Assembly: GCA_028702595.1 (NCBI GenBank)
Contig: JAQVON010000007.1
Coordinates: 9,425 to 73,424 of the forward strand
DNA length: 64,000 nt
Direction of reading: 5' to 3'
Origin: Mariniphaga sp.
GTDB taxonomy: Bacteria > Bacteroidota > Bacteroidia > Bacteroidales > Prolixibacteraceae
Part shown: in pieces, positions 1-9,088 of the stretch
Position numbering within the stretch: the stretch's first letter is position 1
How the letters are laid out: every line of letters starts with the position of its first letter
Translations under genes and position numbers: made by a program
The notes under the pieces: model-generated
Told to the model about the DNA's origin: nothing
What the model saw: the letters and a program-made list of their open reading frames with translations, nothing else
Databases searched by the model: none

Positions 1-102
1 TTGCCCGGATTTGTCTTTCGCCTGTGACGCCAATACGGATGGGGCGAAAGCTGCTGCAATAGCATTCATGCTTAGATATTTAAAAAAGTTTCGTCGTTCC
101 AT
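1..102 (-). CDS. N-terminal fragment of a Tat-exported protein (gene continues beyond window start)
   Basis: The reverse-strand ATG at 102 reads MERRNFFKYLSMNAIAAAFAPSVLASQAKDKSGQ. This is a twin-arginine motif (RRNFFK) followed by an Ala-rich h-region, and the frame stays open to position 1. It is too short to appear in the ORF track. Confidence 0.45.
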   Translation of the reverse strand, partial: MERRNFFKYLSMNAIAAAFAPSVLASQAKDKSGQ

Positions 103-188
103 AATCCCGGTTTTTAAGTGATAGCCAGATCAACCTGAAATAAGAGAAAAAGTATAAATTTCTTTTATCCCTGTTTGCATCTTTCGGA

Positions 189-1133
189 TCAATTTACTCC
201 TTTTACTTTCATTTTTAACGTATAAACCGAAGTGCGTGCAGTGATAAAAAGAATGTTTCGTTTTTTCCCGCCGAAGCAAACATTGGACGGTCCTTCGGGG
301 ACCTCGATCTCTTCAATCAGCTCGCCATTGGGGGAGTATACCCATACTTTTTTTGAGGTGAGGTATATATTCCCCTGGTTATCGATGGTCATCCCGTCGG
401 TACCGCTGGGTGCAAAGAACGTTTTGTTTGCCAGGGTGCCGTCGGACTGTATGTCGTATTTCCAGATTTTCCTTTCGTTAATATCAGTGGCATAGAGTAT
501 TTTCCCGTCGGGCGTGCCGATCAGTCCGTTGGGCTGGGTGAAATCGTCAATCACCCGTGTCACCTTACCGTCCGGATCCATGTAGTACACTCCGCGTGCA
601 TCCTGCTTTTCGGTGTGCCCCTCTTCCCAGTAATCCCGTTTATACAGGGGGTCGGAAAAATAGATGCCCCCGTTGGGAGCGATCCACAGATCATTCGGAC
701 CGTTGAGGTGCTTTCCGTCATAGTTTTCAAAGAGAACCGTCATCTGTTTGTTCTCATCAAACACCACCAGCTGATTATGCTGGTCGGCACAGGACACCAA
801 CTGACCTTCCGCATTAAAATACATCCCGTTCGACCGCCCTGTTCCCTCCAGCCACAGGGAGATACCCTCTTTTTCGTCCCAGACGTGGATCTGGTCGTTG
901 GGCTGGTCGGTGAAAAATACCCGACCATCAGGTGCTACGGCTGGTCCCTCGGTGAATTTGAAACCTGTCCCCGCCATTTCTACTTTGGCATTTTTGGCAA
1001 CAATTCTGCTGTTCTGTCCAAAAATAAGAAATGAAGGAAACAAGAAAAAGAGTGAGAACAGGAGGGGTTTCATCAGGTGGCTCAATGATTCACTTTTCAT
1101 AGTTGACTGGATTATTATTGATAGATATAACAT
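189..1133 (-). CDS. SMP-30/gluconolactonase/LRE-like beta-propeller protein, secreted (lactonase-like)
   Basis: 314-aa ORF with repeated propeller blades (FTEGPAVAPDGRVFFTD, NGMYFNAEGQL, PNDLWIAPNGGIYFSDP, PNGLIGTPDGKILYATD, DGMTIDNQGNIY). A signal peptide follows the internal Met (MKSESLSHLMKPLLFSLFFLF), so the true start may be 1100. Confidence 0.8.
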   Translation of the reverse strand: MLYLSIIIQSTMKSESLSHLMKPLLFSLFFLFPSFLIFGQNSRIVAKNAKVEMAGTGFKFTEGPAVAPDGRVFFTDQPNDQIHVWDEKEGISLWLEGTGRSNGMYFNAEGQLVSCADQHNQLVVFDENKQMTVLFENYDGKHLNGPNDLWIAPNGGIYFSDPLYKRDYWEEGHTEKQDARGVYYMDPDGKVTRVIDDFTQPNGLIGTPDGKILYATDINERKIWKYDIQSDGTLANKTFFAPSGTDGMTIDNQGNIYLTSKKVWVYSPNGELIEEIEVPEGPSNVCFGGKKRNILFITARTSVYTLKMKVKGVN

Positions 1134-1323
1134 ATAATCTGGTATTCATCGGATCAATCTTATTTAGGTATGACAGCTATTTCCCGATATATTTTAATGG
1201 TTCATTTCATATTTTTTTAACGGCAGGTGCAAAAGTTCATAAAAGAAAGAACAATTCAAAATTTATTTTACCAATCGGTATTTATTAAATCATATTTTTG
1301 AATCGTTTTAATCAGAAAAATAA

Positions 1324-2607
1324 TCAAAAAGCGGGTCTTCTATATCCTTTCCGGTAGGGGCGGGCCAATAATTTTTCGGCTTCCGGATTATCGATCACGG
1401 ATAGTTTTCGGGGATCCCAGTTCACCCTGCTGCCGGTATAGTACGATGCCATGGCCAGGTGCACTGCCGTGGTCGATTTAAACGCGTCGTCAACGGTGCA
1501 GCTCAGCAGACTCTTGTCCTTTGCTCTCACTGCATCCAGAAAACCGGCTACGTGTCTTTCCTGGGCATCCGGCGCAGGGATATTCATCTCCTCCTGAACC
1601 TGGTTCTTCCCTGCAGGCATAAGCACCAGCTTGTTGTCGGAGGCAAACAGGGTTGCTTTTTCTCCGTAGAAGAATATTCCGTTGTTCCGTTCCGGCTGCA
1701 GATCCCCGGTCCCCCACATCCGGTGTTGCCAGATCACCGGGCACTCTTCAAAGCGGATAGTTGCCGTCAGGGTATCGGGTGTGGTTATCTTCCCCTTGAG
1801 CGTAACCAGGCCGCCTTGTGAATCCAGCGAGACCGGCATTCCGAAATCCATGATCTTCCGGATGATATCGATGTGGTGAATACCCCAGTCGACCAGGTGG
1901 CCGTTGCCATACTCCTTTTCAAGCCGCCAGGCTTTGTGCCCGATGACCGGCCGGTAGGGGAGTTTGGGCGCGGGTCCGCACCACGCGTCCCAGTCGAGCG
2001 ATGCCGGTGGATCCTGTATCGTATGGTCTTCCAGCACCGGGGTATAGTGGATCTGTGCCCCGATCTGGTGGATCTTTCCGGTTGCTCCTTCCTCAATGAC
2101 CTCTTTGGCTTTCTGAAAAGCTGCGCTCTGCCGTCTCTGGAAGCCAATCTGAACGATATTCCCTGCCTTTCCCACCGCGTTCACCATGGCCAATCCTTCC
2201 ATCACATCATAGGAGAGGGGCTTTTCACAGTAGATGTGGAGTCCCTTTTCGCAGGCTGCAATGAACGGAAGGGCATGCCAGTGAGGAGGCGTGCCGATCA
2301 TCACGGCCTCCAGGCCTTTTACCTCCAAAAGATCCCTGTAGTCCTTGAACACCTGGGGTTTACTCCCTTGTAACGTTTCAATTTCAGTTGCACTACTACT
2401 TAGGTGAAGAGTGTCTACATCACAAATAGCTATTACCTCCACACCACCCACTTTCAGGGCTGCTTTCGTGATTACCATGCCATACCATCCGGCTCCGATC
2501 AACCCGATCTTTAGCTCTCTGTATTGGGCAAATGAAGGAAAATGAACAGCAGTCACCATCGCTGCCGAACCTGCCGATGCTTTTTGAATAAATGACCGTC
2601 GATCCAT
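1324..2607 (-). CDS. Gfo/Idh/MocA family oxidoreductase with twin-arginine (Tat) signal
   Basis: The ORF track gives 1324..2694. I start at the internal ATG 2607, which gives MDRRSFIQKASAGSAAMVTAVHFPSFAQ (Tat signal). A Rossmann motif (IGLIGAGWYG) and the typical CEKPL motif follow. Confidence 0.85.
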   Translation of the reverse strand: MDRRSFIQKASAGSAAMVTAVHFPSFAQYRELKIGLIGAGWYGMVITKAALKVGGVEVIAICDVDTLHLSSSATEIETLQGSKPQVFKDYRDLLEVKGLEAVMIGTPPHWHALPFIAACEKGLHIYCEKPLSYDVMEGLAMVNAVGKAGNIVQIGFQRRQSAAFQKAKEVIEEGATGKIHQIGAQIHYTPVLEDHTIQDPPASLDWDAWCGPAPKLPYRPVIGHKAWRLEKEYGNGHLVDWGIHHIDIIRKIMDFGMPVSLDSQGGLVTLKGKITTPDTLTATIRFEECPVIWQHRMWGTGDLQPERNNGIFFYGEKATLFASDNKLVLMPAGKNQVQEEMNIPAPDAQERHVAGFLDAVRAKDKSLLSCTVDDAFKSTTAVHLAMASYYTGSRVNWDPRKLSVIDNPEAEKLLARPYRKGYRRPAF

Positions 2608-2770
2608 AAACTTAAATTTTCGGTTAAAATAATGAATTTTCGCGAATGGTAATAGGTCAATGGCAAATTGCAAATGACGAATGGCGAATAACAAGAGGCT
2701 ACATTTTAATCTCAGTTTAATTATTTTTTGCTGTGTACCTTGTCTTCACTAACAGCTCAGTATGTGTGCT

Positions 2771-4540
2771 TTATTTTATCGGCAGCTCAAACCAGAATAT
2801 TGTTCCTTCTTCCTTTTGACCTGTGCTTTCAATCCCTACTTCTCCTCCCAGTTTTTCAATAACTCGTTTAACAATAGAAAGGCCTAATCCATAACCCTCT
2901 GATTTTTCAGGTGAAAGCCGAACGTATTTTTGAAATACACGGTCGTGATCAGCGGGTGATATGCCATTCCCATTATCCTGCACCCAGTATCTGATTGAGT
3001 TGTTACCGGCAGGTGTTGCCCCGACAGATAAAACCGGAGGTGATCCTCCATGCTTGATGGCATTGGAAAGGAAATTAGTCCACACTAATTCTACACATGT
3101 AGCATGCCCGGGCACATTTGGCCACGATTCGGGTTCAATGAACTGAGCCTTACTCTTTGTAATCAGTTCAGCCAGTTGTTTTTTTGCTCCCTCAAAAACA
3201 GCATACATGTCCAGTTCTTTTTTTTCTATATCCTTGTGAGTGTAACGCGCTAAAACGAACAACTCGTGTGTGATATTCATTGCTTTCCTTGCTGAATCTT
3301 TCATCAGCAGAGCCATTTCTTTTATGAATTCTACATCGTTTTCTCCTATACCGGCCTCAATAATTTCGGCTGAGGAAGCAATAGATCCCAAAATATTCCG
3401 GAGATCATGTGCTACTGTGTGTGAGAAGTCATCCAAGTTCTCGATCAAACGGCCCCTTTCTTCCAATTCGTCTTTCAGGTTTTTTTCTGATTCTTTTAGT
3501 GAAGTAATATTATTGATATGGATCACCTGTCCCGAGAATTTTTTTTGTTGATTTTGAAGAGGAATGATCTTAACCTGATAGAAATGTTTTTTATTCTGGT
3601 AAAAGATTTCAAATTCAAGGTGTTGTGGCTCTATGTTGTTGAGCGCATTCATGATGATTTCATGAGAATTGAAAAGATGGGAATAATGTTTGAATTTTGC
3701 TTCTTCCGGTTCAAGGTTGAATATTCTCTCAACTGCAGGATTGTAATTTTCAATAAATCCTTTATTGTTGATCACGATTACCCCATCGCACATGATATCA
3801 ATTAGTTTGTTGCGCGCAAATGGAACAAGATCAAACATACTGTAACGAATGATCCCAAACGTGATGACTAATCCACTGAATATGAACAGAACAGGAGTCC
3901 AGTCAAATCCGGGAATTGGATTTAATCCCGTAATATATAGCAGGTTGCCAATCAGTGGAAAGAAGGATGCAATCAACAGTGCCAGTACCTGTGATTTATG
4001 ATACCCCAGGAATAGATGACCAGCTCGAAAAAGGTTGTATATTCCTGCCAGAATAAGGAGAATGGAATAGGTCCAGAACAGATAGAATCCTACTCCATAC
4101 TTGTAAGTGATTAAATTTGCCTGGGGAATGAGTTGAATATCCTCCCAGATTAATCCATGAAAATCGTTGGTTAATACCAGGATAAGTGCCAAAAAGGGAA
4201 TAATGGACAGGATCGTTATATTAAGCGGAGTAATGACCTTTTTTTTCTGGTTAAAAGAGGTTGTAAATAAAAAATAGGTAACCGGAAGAAATGCAATTCC
4301 AAAGTAAGACATTTGTGACCAGAATTTTTTGGATTCCAAATCGCTGGCCGTGAATTCCAAACCGTACATGAATGCCCATATCGCGGCCAGCAGTTCCAGA
4401 AATATGAGCAGCTTTACTTCCCTGGCTTTTCTGTTTTTCCAAACAAGAATGATTACCCCCAATGCAACAAGTACTGCAATGAATTCGATCATACTTTCTT
4501 GTGACAGGATGCGGAAAGGAATTGCCATATATTTTCCCAT
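2771..4540 (-). CDS. Sensor histidine kinase with N-terminal multi-TM (7TM-type) domain and PAS-like domain
   Basis: 589 aa with about 7 hydrophobic helices in the first ~230 aa. It has an H-box (FSHTVAHDLRNIL), an N-box (LSNAIKHG), and G-boxes (DNGNGI, GYGLGLSIV). There is no receiver domain. Confidence 0.85.
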   Translation of the reverse strand: MGKYMAIPFRILSQESMIEFIAVLVALGVIILVWKNRKAREVKLLIFLELLAAIWAFMYGLEFTASDLESKKFWSQMSYFGIAFLPVTYFLFTTSFNQKKKVITPLNITILSIIPFLALILVLTNDFHGLIWEDIQLIPQANLITYKYGVGFYLFWTYSILLILAGIYNLFRAGHLFLGYHKSQVLALLIASFFPLIGNLLYITGLNPIPGFDWTPVLFIFSGLVITFGIIRYSMFDLVPFARNKLIDIMCDGVIVINNKGFIENYNPAVERIFNLEPEEAKFKHYSHLFNSHEIIMNALNNIEPQHLEFEIFYQNKKHFYQVKIIPLQNQQKKFSGQVIHINNITSLKESEKNLKDELEERGRLIENLDDFSHTVAHDLRNILGSIASSAEIIEAGIGENDVEFIKEMALLMKDSARKAMNITHELFVLARYTHKDIEKKELDMYAVFEGAKKQLAELITKSKAQFIEPESWPNVPGHATCVELVWTNFLSNAIKHGGSPPVLSVGATPAGNNSIRYWVQDNGNGISPADHDRVFQKYVRLSPEKSEGYGLGLSIVKRVIEKLGGEVGIESTGQKEEGTIFWFELPIK

Positions 4541-4555
4541 GTTTTTATTTGCGTT

Positions 4556-7423
4556 TTATTCTGTGTAAAGAAGGATTTCTCCCTCCAGACCTGCCGGAAT
4601 TTTTTCAAACCCTTTGGTCCACCTTTCTGCCGTAGGATTATCTTTCAGGCTCATGGCATAATTGTTCAGTACGGTAGTCAGCTTTATTTCCAGCCTGTTT
4701 TCTCCATTTTTGAGGGCTTCGCTGATATTAAACGTTGCAGGGCCATACCAGTTCATCCCGACGTGCTTGCCGTTTAAAATGACTTCAGTTACTCCCTTAT
4801 TGGTATTCTCCAGCTTCAGCCACCTGGCTTCTTTCTTCTTGGTAAAGGTTGTGGCATAGGTAACTGTCCCGGCAAAGGTGTTCAGCTCGGGCAGGGGAGA
4901 AGTGCCCAATTCTGTAAGTTTATCGAAGCTTTTAGAAAACTGTTGACCGTTCATGTGTTCAAATACAACTTCCCATGTACCTGTTATTTCTGTCGGATTT
5001 GTGTAAACGGGTTTTTTGGGTGCAGGCTCCGGTGTTCCTTCCAAATGGGGCTCAAATACTAGGAGCATTGACTGCAGAGGATCCAGCTCAATGAGAAGCT
5101 CGTTTTTCTTGTCTTTGTATGGGAATACCGATCGGGTACCTTCTTCCGGATTCCAGAGCCACGGTGTTTTCTTCCCTGTGGGAAATTCAGCTTTGATGGT
5201 AACCGGTTCTTCCCGGCTGGAGTTAACAAAGAAATAGATGTCCCGGTCATCTGCTTTTTTCCGGATTTGATAAAGGATCCTGTTCGGGGTATCCAGGACA
5301 ACATCGGCAGGGATACCGGTTTTTTCAAGTACCTGTTTCGTCCAGGGAAGCAAATCTGTTTCTTTATCAGGACTTTGAGCCAGATGAAACCGGTCAGCAT
5401 AATCCGTGCGGAGTTTTTCAAATACCGTTTGAACAATGGAGTCGTTCCGCGATGCATGTTGATAAGCGACCGACCGGTGAGGCACTTCATCGATAGTCAC
5501 AACCTGGCCTCCGTTTTTCACGAATTCAAGCAGCGCAAGGGCTGTCTCAGGTTGCATCGATTTCACGGAGCAAAGGAATATGGCCTGGTAGGACATAGGG
5601 CCGTAGGTCAGTTTTCCGTCACGGATCTCTGCATCACTGATGATATTCTGACTGAGGTAATCGCATGAATTACCTGCCTGACTGATCGATTCCCATAACC
5701 GGTGGCCATACCAGGGCAGGGTATGGAACTGGTTCCGGGTAAGGCCGTGGTCAGACCATAAATCGGCTTCCGGAGCCAGTATGGCTATATTTTTTACGGG
5801 TTGCGACTGCTGAAACACGTAGGAGAGCCGTGCATTGTAATCGGTCCATCTATTAAACCAGGGCCACCAGGTATTTTTTTCATTAAAATATGCGCCATAT
5901 CGGATCCATCCCGGAAAGCCGGCTTCCGGAGGGGAATAGTTGTAACCGTGTAAAACGGAATGGTTCATTCCCGCAATGAAATTCATGTCATCGTGCTGTT
6001 TTATCTCTTCCAGCGAAGCCTTAAATACCCCGCGGGTGTTGGTCATGGCTTCGTTGCTGATGATCTTCTTTCCCGTGAGGTGCCCGCCCGCTGCAGCGTA
6101 ATGGTGCCAGGTCATATACCCGTGTCCCTGGCTCCATGTCCACTCGGGTGTGTTCATGTTGGCCGAGTAGATCCAGTTGTTGCTCTCGGGGATGTCAGCG
6201 ATCATGTTCCCCTCGGTCATTCCCATCAGGAAGGGGGTGCCATAAGCCTGATACCGGCAGAGCACCCCTTTTTCGGTGCAAAAATCCTGAAACTCCTGTG
6301 TGAAATTATCTAAAAAGGTTTCTACCAGCAGCTTGTTGTAGTCGTACCTGACGCGTTTCAACTGTTCTGAAAAACCGGCATCATAGTTTTCTTCATTATA
6401 TCCGGTGTATGGATTGTAAAATATGAATGGGAACCAGGGATCCAAAGGGTAATGGTATGTTTCAAAAAATATTTTTTCAAGCCCGTCAGTCCAGTTGGCT
6501 CCGTCCAGCTCAATGCTGTCGCAGAAAAGTGCCCGGATGAGTTCTGACAGGGGCATCCCTGTGTCTTCGCTGATCTTGTTCAACCGATCGAGGTAGGCAC
6601 GGGTGATCTCTTTCCTGTAGTGGTTCATCACCGGGCCTGCCGCGCCGGGGGCCCCATGCATCACTTCACGGTTGCTCCTTTGCAGAATGCCGTATACCAG
6701 GTTATAGTTGCCGTCAGGAACTCGCAGGTTCAACCTGCCCTGGGTTTTAAATGTATCTGTCAGGTCGATTATTTCAGCGGTAGATCGTATGCCGGCAGGT
6801 ACCAGCCTGATAAAAACCAGCTCGTGACTTTTGGCTGCTTTATAGTTGCGTGACAAAGCGGCAACTGCCTTATTGTATAAACCTGACAAATTATCGTTTA
6901 GCACTTCTCCTCCTGAGCAAAGAATCTGATGAACAATGACTCGTTGAATGGTCTCATGCTCCTCTAAAAATTCACCTCCGAAAGGCCAGCCTGAACCGAC
7001 AATCAGGTCGGCAATCATTCCTCTTTTTTGTGCTTCACTTGTGGCAAACAGCAACATGTCATTCCATTCCTTACTTAGCCAGGTCAGTGGTTGAATACCG
7101 ATGTTGTCTGCTTCTTCCGGCATGGCTATAGGGTTGATCTCTACCCCGCCGATTCCTGCCTGCAGAAGCACATCAAGCTGGCGGCTGATTTCTTCTTTTT
7201 TCAGATGGTTCCCATTCCACCACCAGCGCACAAAAGGACGGGCTTCGGCAGGTGGATCCCGGAATCCTTCAAAAAGGACAGGATCGTCCTGAATTTCCTT
7301 ATTCTGAGTGTGTATACAGTTGTTTATGGTGAGAATCAGAATGAAGAATACCAACGCCACATTCAGTTTTCGTTTATTATTCACTATAAAATTTGGTTTG
7401 GTAGTTTTATGATTTTTCATCAA
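4556..7423 (-). CDS. Large secreted glycoside hydrolase, GH106-like (alpha-L-rhamnosidase-type family), with C-terminal galactose-binding-like domain
   Basis: 955 aa with a signal peptide. The N-terminal motif FRDPPAEARPFVRWWWNGNHLKKEEISRQLDVLLQAGIGGVEI is, as I recall, typical of PF17132/GH106-type enzymes. The family call is from memory, not from a search. Confidence 0.55.
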   Translation of the reverse strand: MMKNHKTTKPNFIVNNKRKLNVALVFFILILTINNCIHTQNKEIQDDPVLFEGFRDPPAEARPFVRWWWNGNHLKKEEISRQLDVLLQAGIGGVEINPIAMPEEADNIGIQPLTWLSKEWNDMLLFATSEAQKRGMIADLIVGSGWPFGGEFLEEHETIQRVIVHQILCSGGEVLNDNLSGLYNKAVAALSRNYKAAKSHELVFIRLVPAGIRSTAEIIDLTDTFKTQGRLNLRVPDGNYNLVYGILQRSNREVMHGAPGAAGPVMNHYRKEITRAYLDRLNKISEDTGMPLSELIRALFCDSIELDGANWTDGLEKIFFETYHYPLDPWFPFIFYNPYTGYNEENYDAGFSEQLKRVRYDYNKLLVETFLDNFTQEFQDFCTEKGVLCRYQAYGTPFLMGMTEGNMIADIPESNNWIYSANMNTPEWTWSQGHGYMTWHHYAAAGGHLTGKKIISNEAMTNTRGVFKASLEEIKQHDDMNFIAGMNHSVLHGYNYSPPEAGFPGWIRYGAYFNEKNTWWPWFNRWTDYNARLSYVFQQSQPVKNIAILAPEADLWSDHGLTRNQFHTLPWYGHRLWESISQAGNSCDYLSQNIISDAEIRDGKLTYGPMSYQAIFLCSVKSMQPETALALLEFVKNGGQVVTIDEVPHRSVAYQHASRNDSIVQTVFEKLRTDYADRFHLAQSPDKETDLLPWTKQVLEKTGIPADVVLDTPNRILYQIRKKADDRDIYFFVNSSREEPVTIKAEFPTGKKTPWLWNPEEGTRSVFPYKDKKNELLIELDPLQSMLLVFEPHLEGTPEPAPKKPVYTNPTEITGTWEVVFEHMNGQQFSKSFDKLTELGTSPLPELNTFAGTVTYATTFTKKKEARWLKLENTNKGVTEVILNGKHVGMNWYGPATFNISEALKNGENRLEIKLTTVLNNYAMSLKDNPTAERWTKGFEKIPAGLEGEILLYTE

Positions 7424-7495
7424 TTTATCAGTTAAGATTTTATTTTTCTGTTTTTCGCATCAGTATCAGGAATAAAAATCTGTTGTGATGACAGA

Positions 7496-9022
7496 TCAAA
7501 ATGCCATGGGTATAGGATCATTTTTGGATATTTTTTCCCCTTCCCAATAAGGTTCGCCGTCAATCATTTCAATCAGCCTGGTTTTACTTCCCGGCGCCGG
7601 TGCAGCACTTTGGGGGATATATTTTGCCAGGCTTTCCATGATGGGTTCATACCCTTCGTATGATGCCAGGTTTTTCCATTCATTTGGATCCTCTTTGATG
7701 TTGTATAATTCGCGGGAACCATCGGCATATTGAATATACCTCCATTGGGTTGTTATCACTGCATTATTATCAGGTCCCTGGGAACATATTGCCGGCCATA
7801 CTCTTTTATGACCAACATCTTGCAGGATGGGTAGCAGTGAATGGCCATCGAGGTCTTTCTTTTGCGGCAATCCGGCCAGATCCGTTAATGTAGGGTAGAG
7901 GTCAAGCAATTCTACGGGTTCATTGCTTTTTTTTCCTTTTTCGGTTACTCCGGGTCCGGCAAATATATAAGCAACCCGTGTTGATTCCCGCCAGAGGGTA
8001 TTTTTTCCTGTAATACCTTTCGTGCCCATGTGGTAGCCATGGTCCGACAGCAGGGCTACAATGGTATTTTCTGCCAGTCCTTCCGCTTCCAGGGCATCGA
8101 GTACTCTGCCTACCAGCATATCTGCGAAGCTAATACTGGCCAGGTATGCCCGGACTTTGGGCTTCCACTGGTTGATCATTTGCAACCAGGCCAGGCGCGG
8201 TTCAGGCAATTTCCAGTGCAGGTACCAGGCAAAGCGCGGGATATCATCCCGGTCGTTACCCAGCACTTCAGGCAGAAGTTTTTCATCTTCGGGGTATAGA
8301 TCGAACCATTTTTGGGAGACATACAGGGGAACATGCGGATGCCGGAAGCCCACTGAAAGGAAGAAGGGTTCATCCTTCGGTAGATTTCTCAGCTGATCGA
8401 TAGCCCAGTCGGACACCTTCCAGTCATCCTGCTGCATATCCTCTTCGGGATATACACCCCAGTCAATCAGCGGATGCCCGGTATTTTCCACCAAGGGTTT
8501 TTCCGGACGTGGAAAAAAACCACCATGGAATCCCCAAACACTGAATTCAGGCCCATCCTTACGACTCTCTTTCGGAGGGTAAGCATCGTGATATACCTTG
8601 CCGGTTGTCAGCGTTTTGTAGCCATGGGATTCAAAATATTGTGGTAAAGTTACATGATCAGCAAATTGAGGAAGCTCCCTGAACCAGGGACCGAGCGCAT
8701 ATACTCCGGTAGTTGTGGGTCGCAAGCCCGTCAGGAAGCTGGTTCGCGACGGATTGCATATGGGCGCCTGAACATGTGCATTGGTAAACGCCAGCCCTCT
8801 GTCGGCCAAACGATCGATGTTCGGAGTTTGTACCCTGGAATGACCTTCCAGATAACCAACCCAATCGTTCATGTCATCGATCGTGATCAAAAGTACATTG
8901 GGTTTGCTTTGTTGTGCTTCTGCCTCAGAGAGGGGCATCAAGAGTATAAAACATCCGGAAAAGAAAAGTAACCAGCGTGTTAATATTGACATTTTCATAT
9001 GATTAAAATTAAATATTTTCAA
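7496..9022 (-). CDS. Sulfatase (S1 family, formylglycine-dependent)
   Basis: 508 aa with a signal peptide. It has LLITIDDMNDW and the Cys-type FGly motif CNPSRTSFLTG. Alternative Met starts lie 8 and 10 codons downstream. Confidence 0.9.
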   Translation of the reverse strand: MKIFNFNHMKMSILTRWLLFFSGCFILLMPLSEAEAQQSKPNVLLITIDDMNDWVGYLEGHSRVQTPNIDRLADRGLAFTNAHVQAPICNPSRTSFLTGLRPTTTGVYALGPWFRELPQFADHVTLPQYFESHGYKTLTTGKVYHDAYPPKESRKDGPEFSVWGFHGGFFPRPEKPLVENTGHPLIDWGVYPEEDMQQDDWKVSDWAIDQLRNLPKDEPFFLSVGFRHPHVPLYVSQKWFDLYPEDEKLLPEVLGNDRDDIPRFAWYLHWKLPEPRLAWLQMINQWKPKVRAYLASISFADMLVGRVLDALEAEGLAENTIVALLSDHGYHMGTKGITGKNTLWRESTRVAYIFAGPGVTEKGKKSNEPVELLDLYPTLTDLAGLPQKKDLDGHSLLPILQDVGHKRVWPAICSQGPDNNAVITTQWRYIQYADGSRELYNIKEDPNEWKNLASYEGYEPIMESLAKYIPQSAAPAPGSKTRLIEMIDGEPYWEGEKISKNDPIPMAF

Positions 9023-9088
9023 CGAAATCTAATGGAACTCGCATGGATTTTTATCATTCCCTTGGGCGATTTTTAAACCATGCATGTT

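Noticed and set aside
615-1034. Many 60-180-aa ORFs in the six-frame track lie antisense to, or out of frame within, long motif-bearing genes. Examples are 232-495, 615-1034, 1873-2373, 9533-10087, 15784-16332, 20757-21305 and 41188-41589.
   Set aside because: They are fully nested in CDSs with strong family motifs, have biased low-complexity composition and carry no recognisable motifs. These are typical shadow ORFs.
2640-2695. CGAAT-rich, quasi-repetitive intergenic text occurs here (CGCGAATGG, GACGAATGG, GCGAATAA) and again at about 10440-10570 (CACGAATGG, TACGAATTACGAG, TGCGAATTA).
   Set aside because: Only 6-8-nt words recur. I cannot align the two regions as copies of one element, and they have no common position relative to genes. 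I treated it as low-complexity intergenic sequence. A genome-wide k-mer count would be needed to say more.
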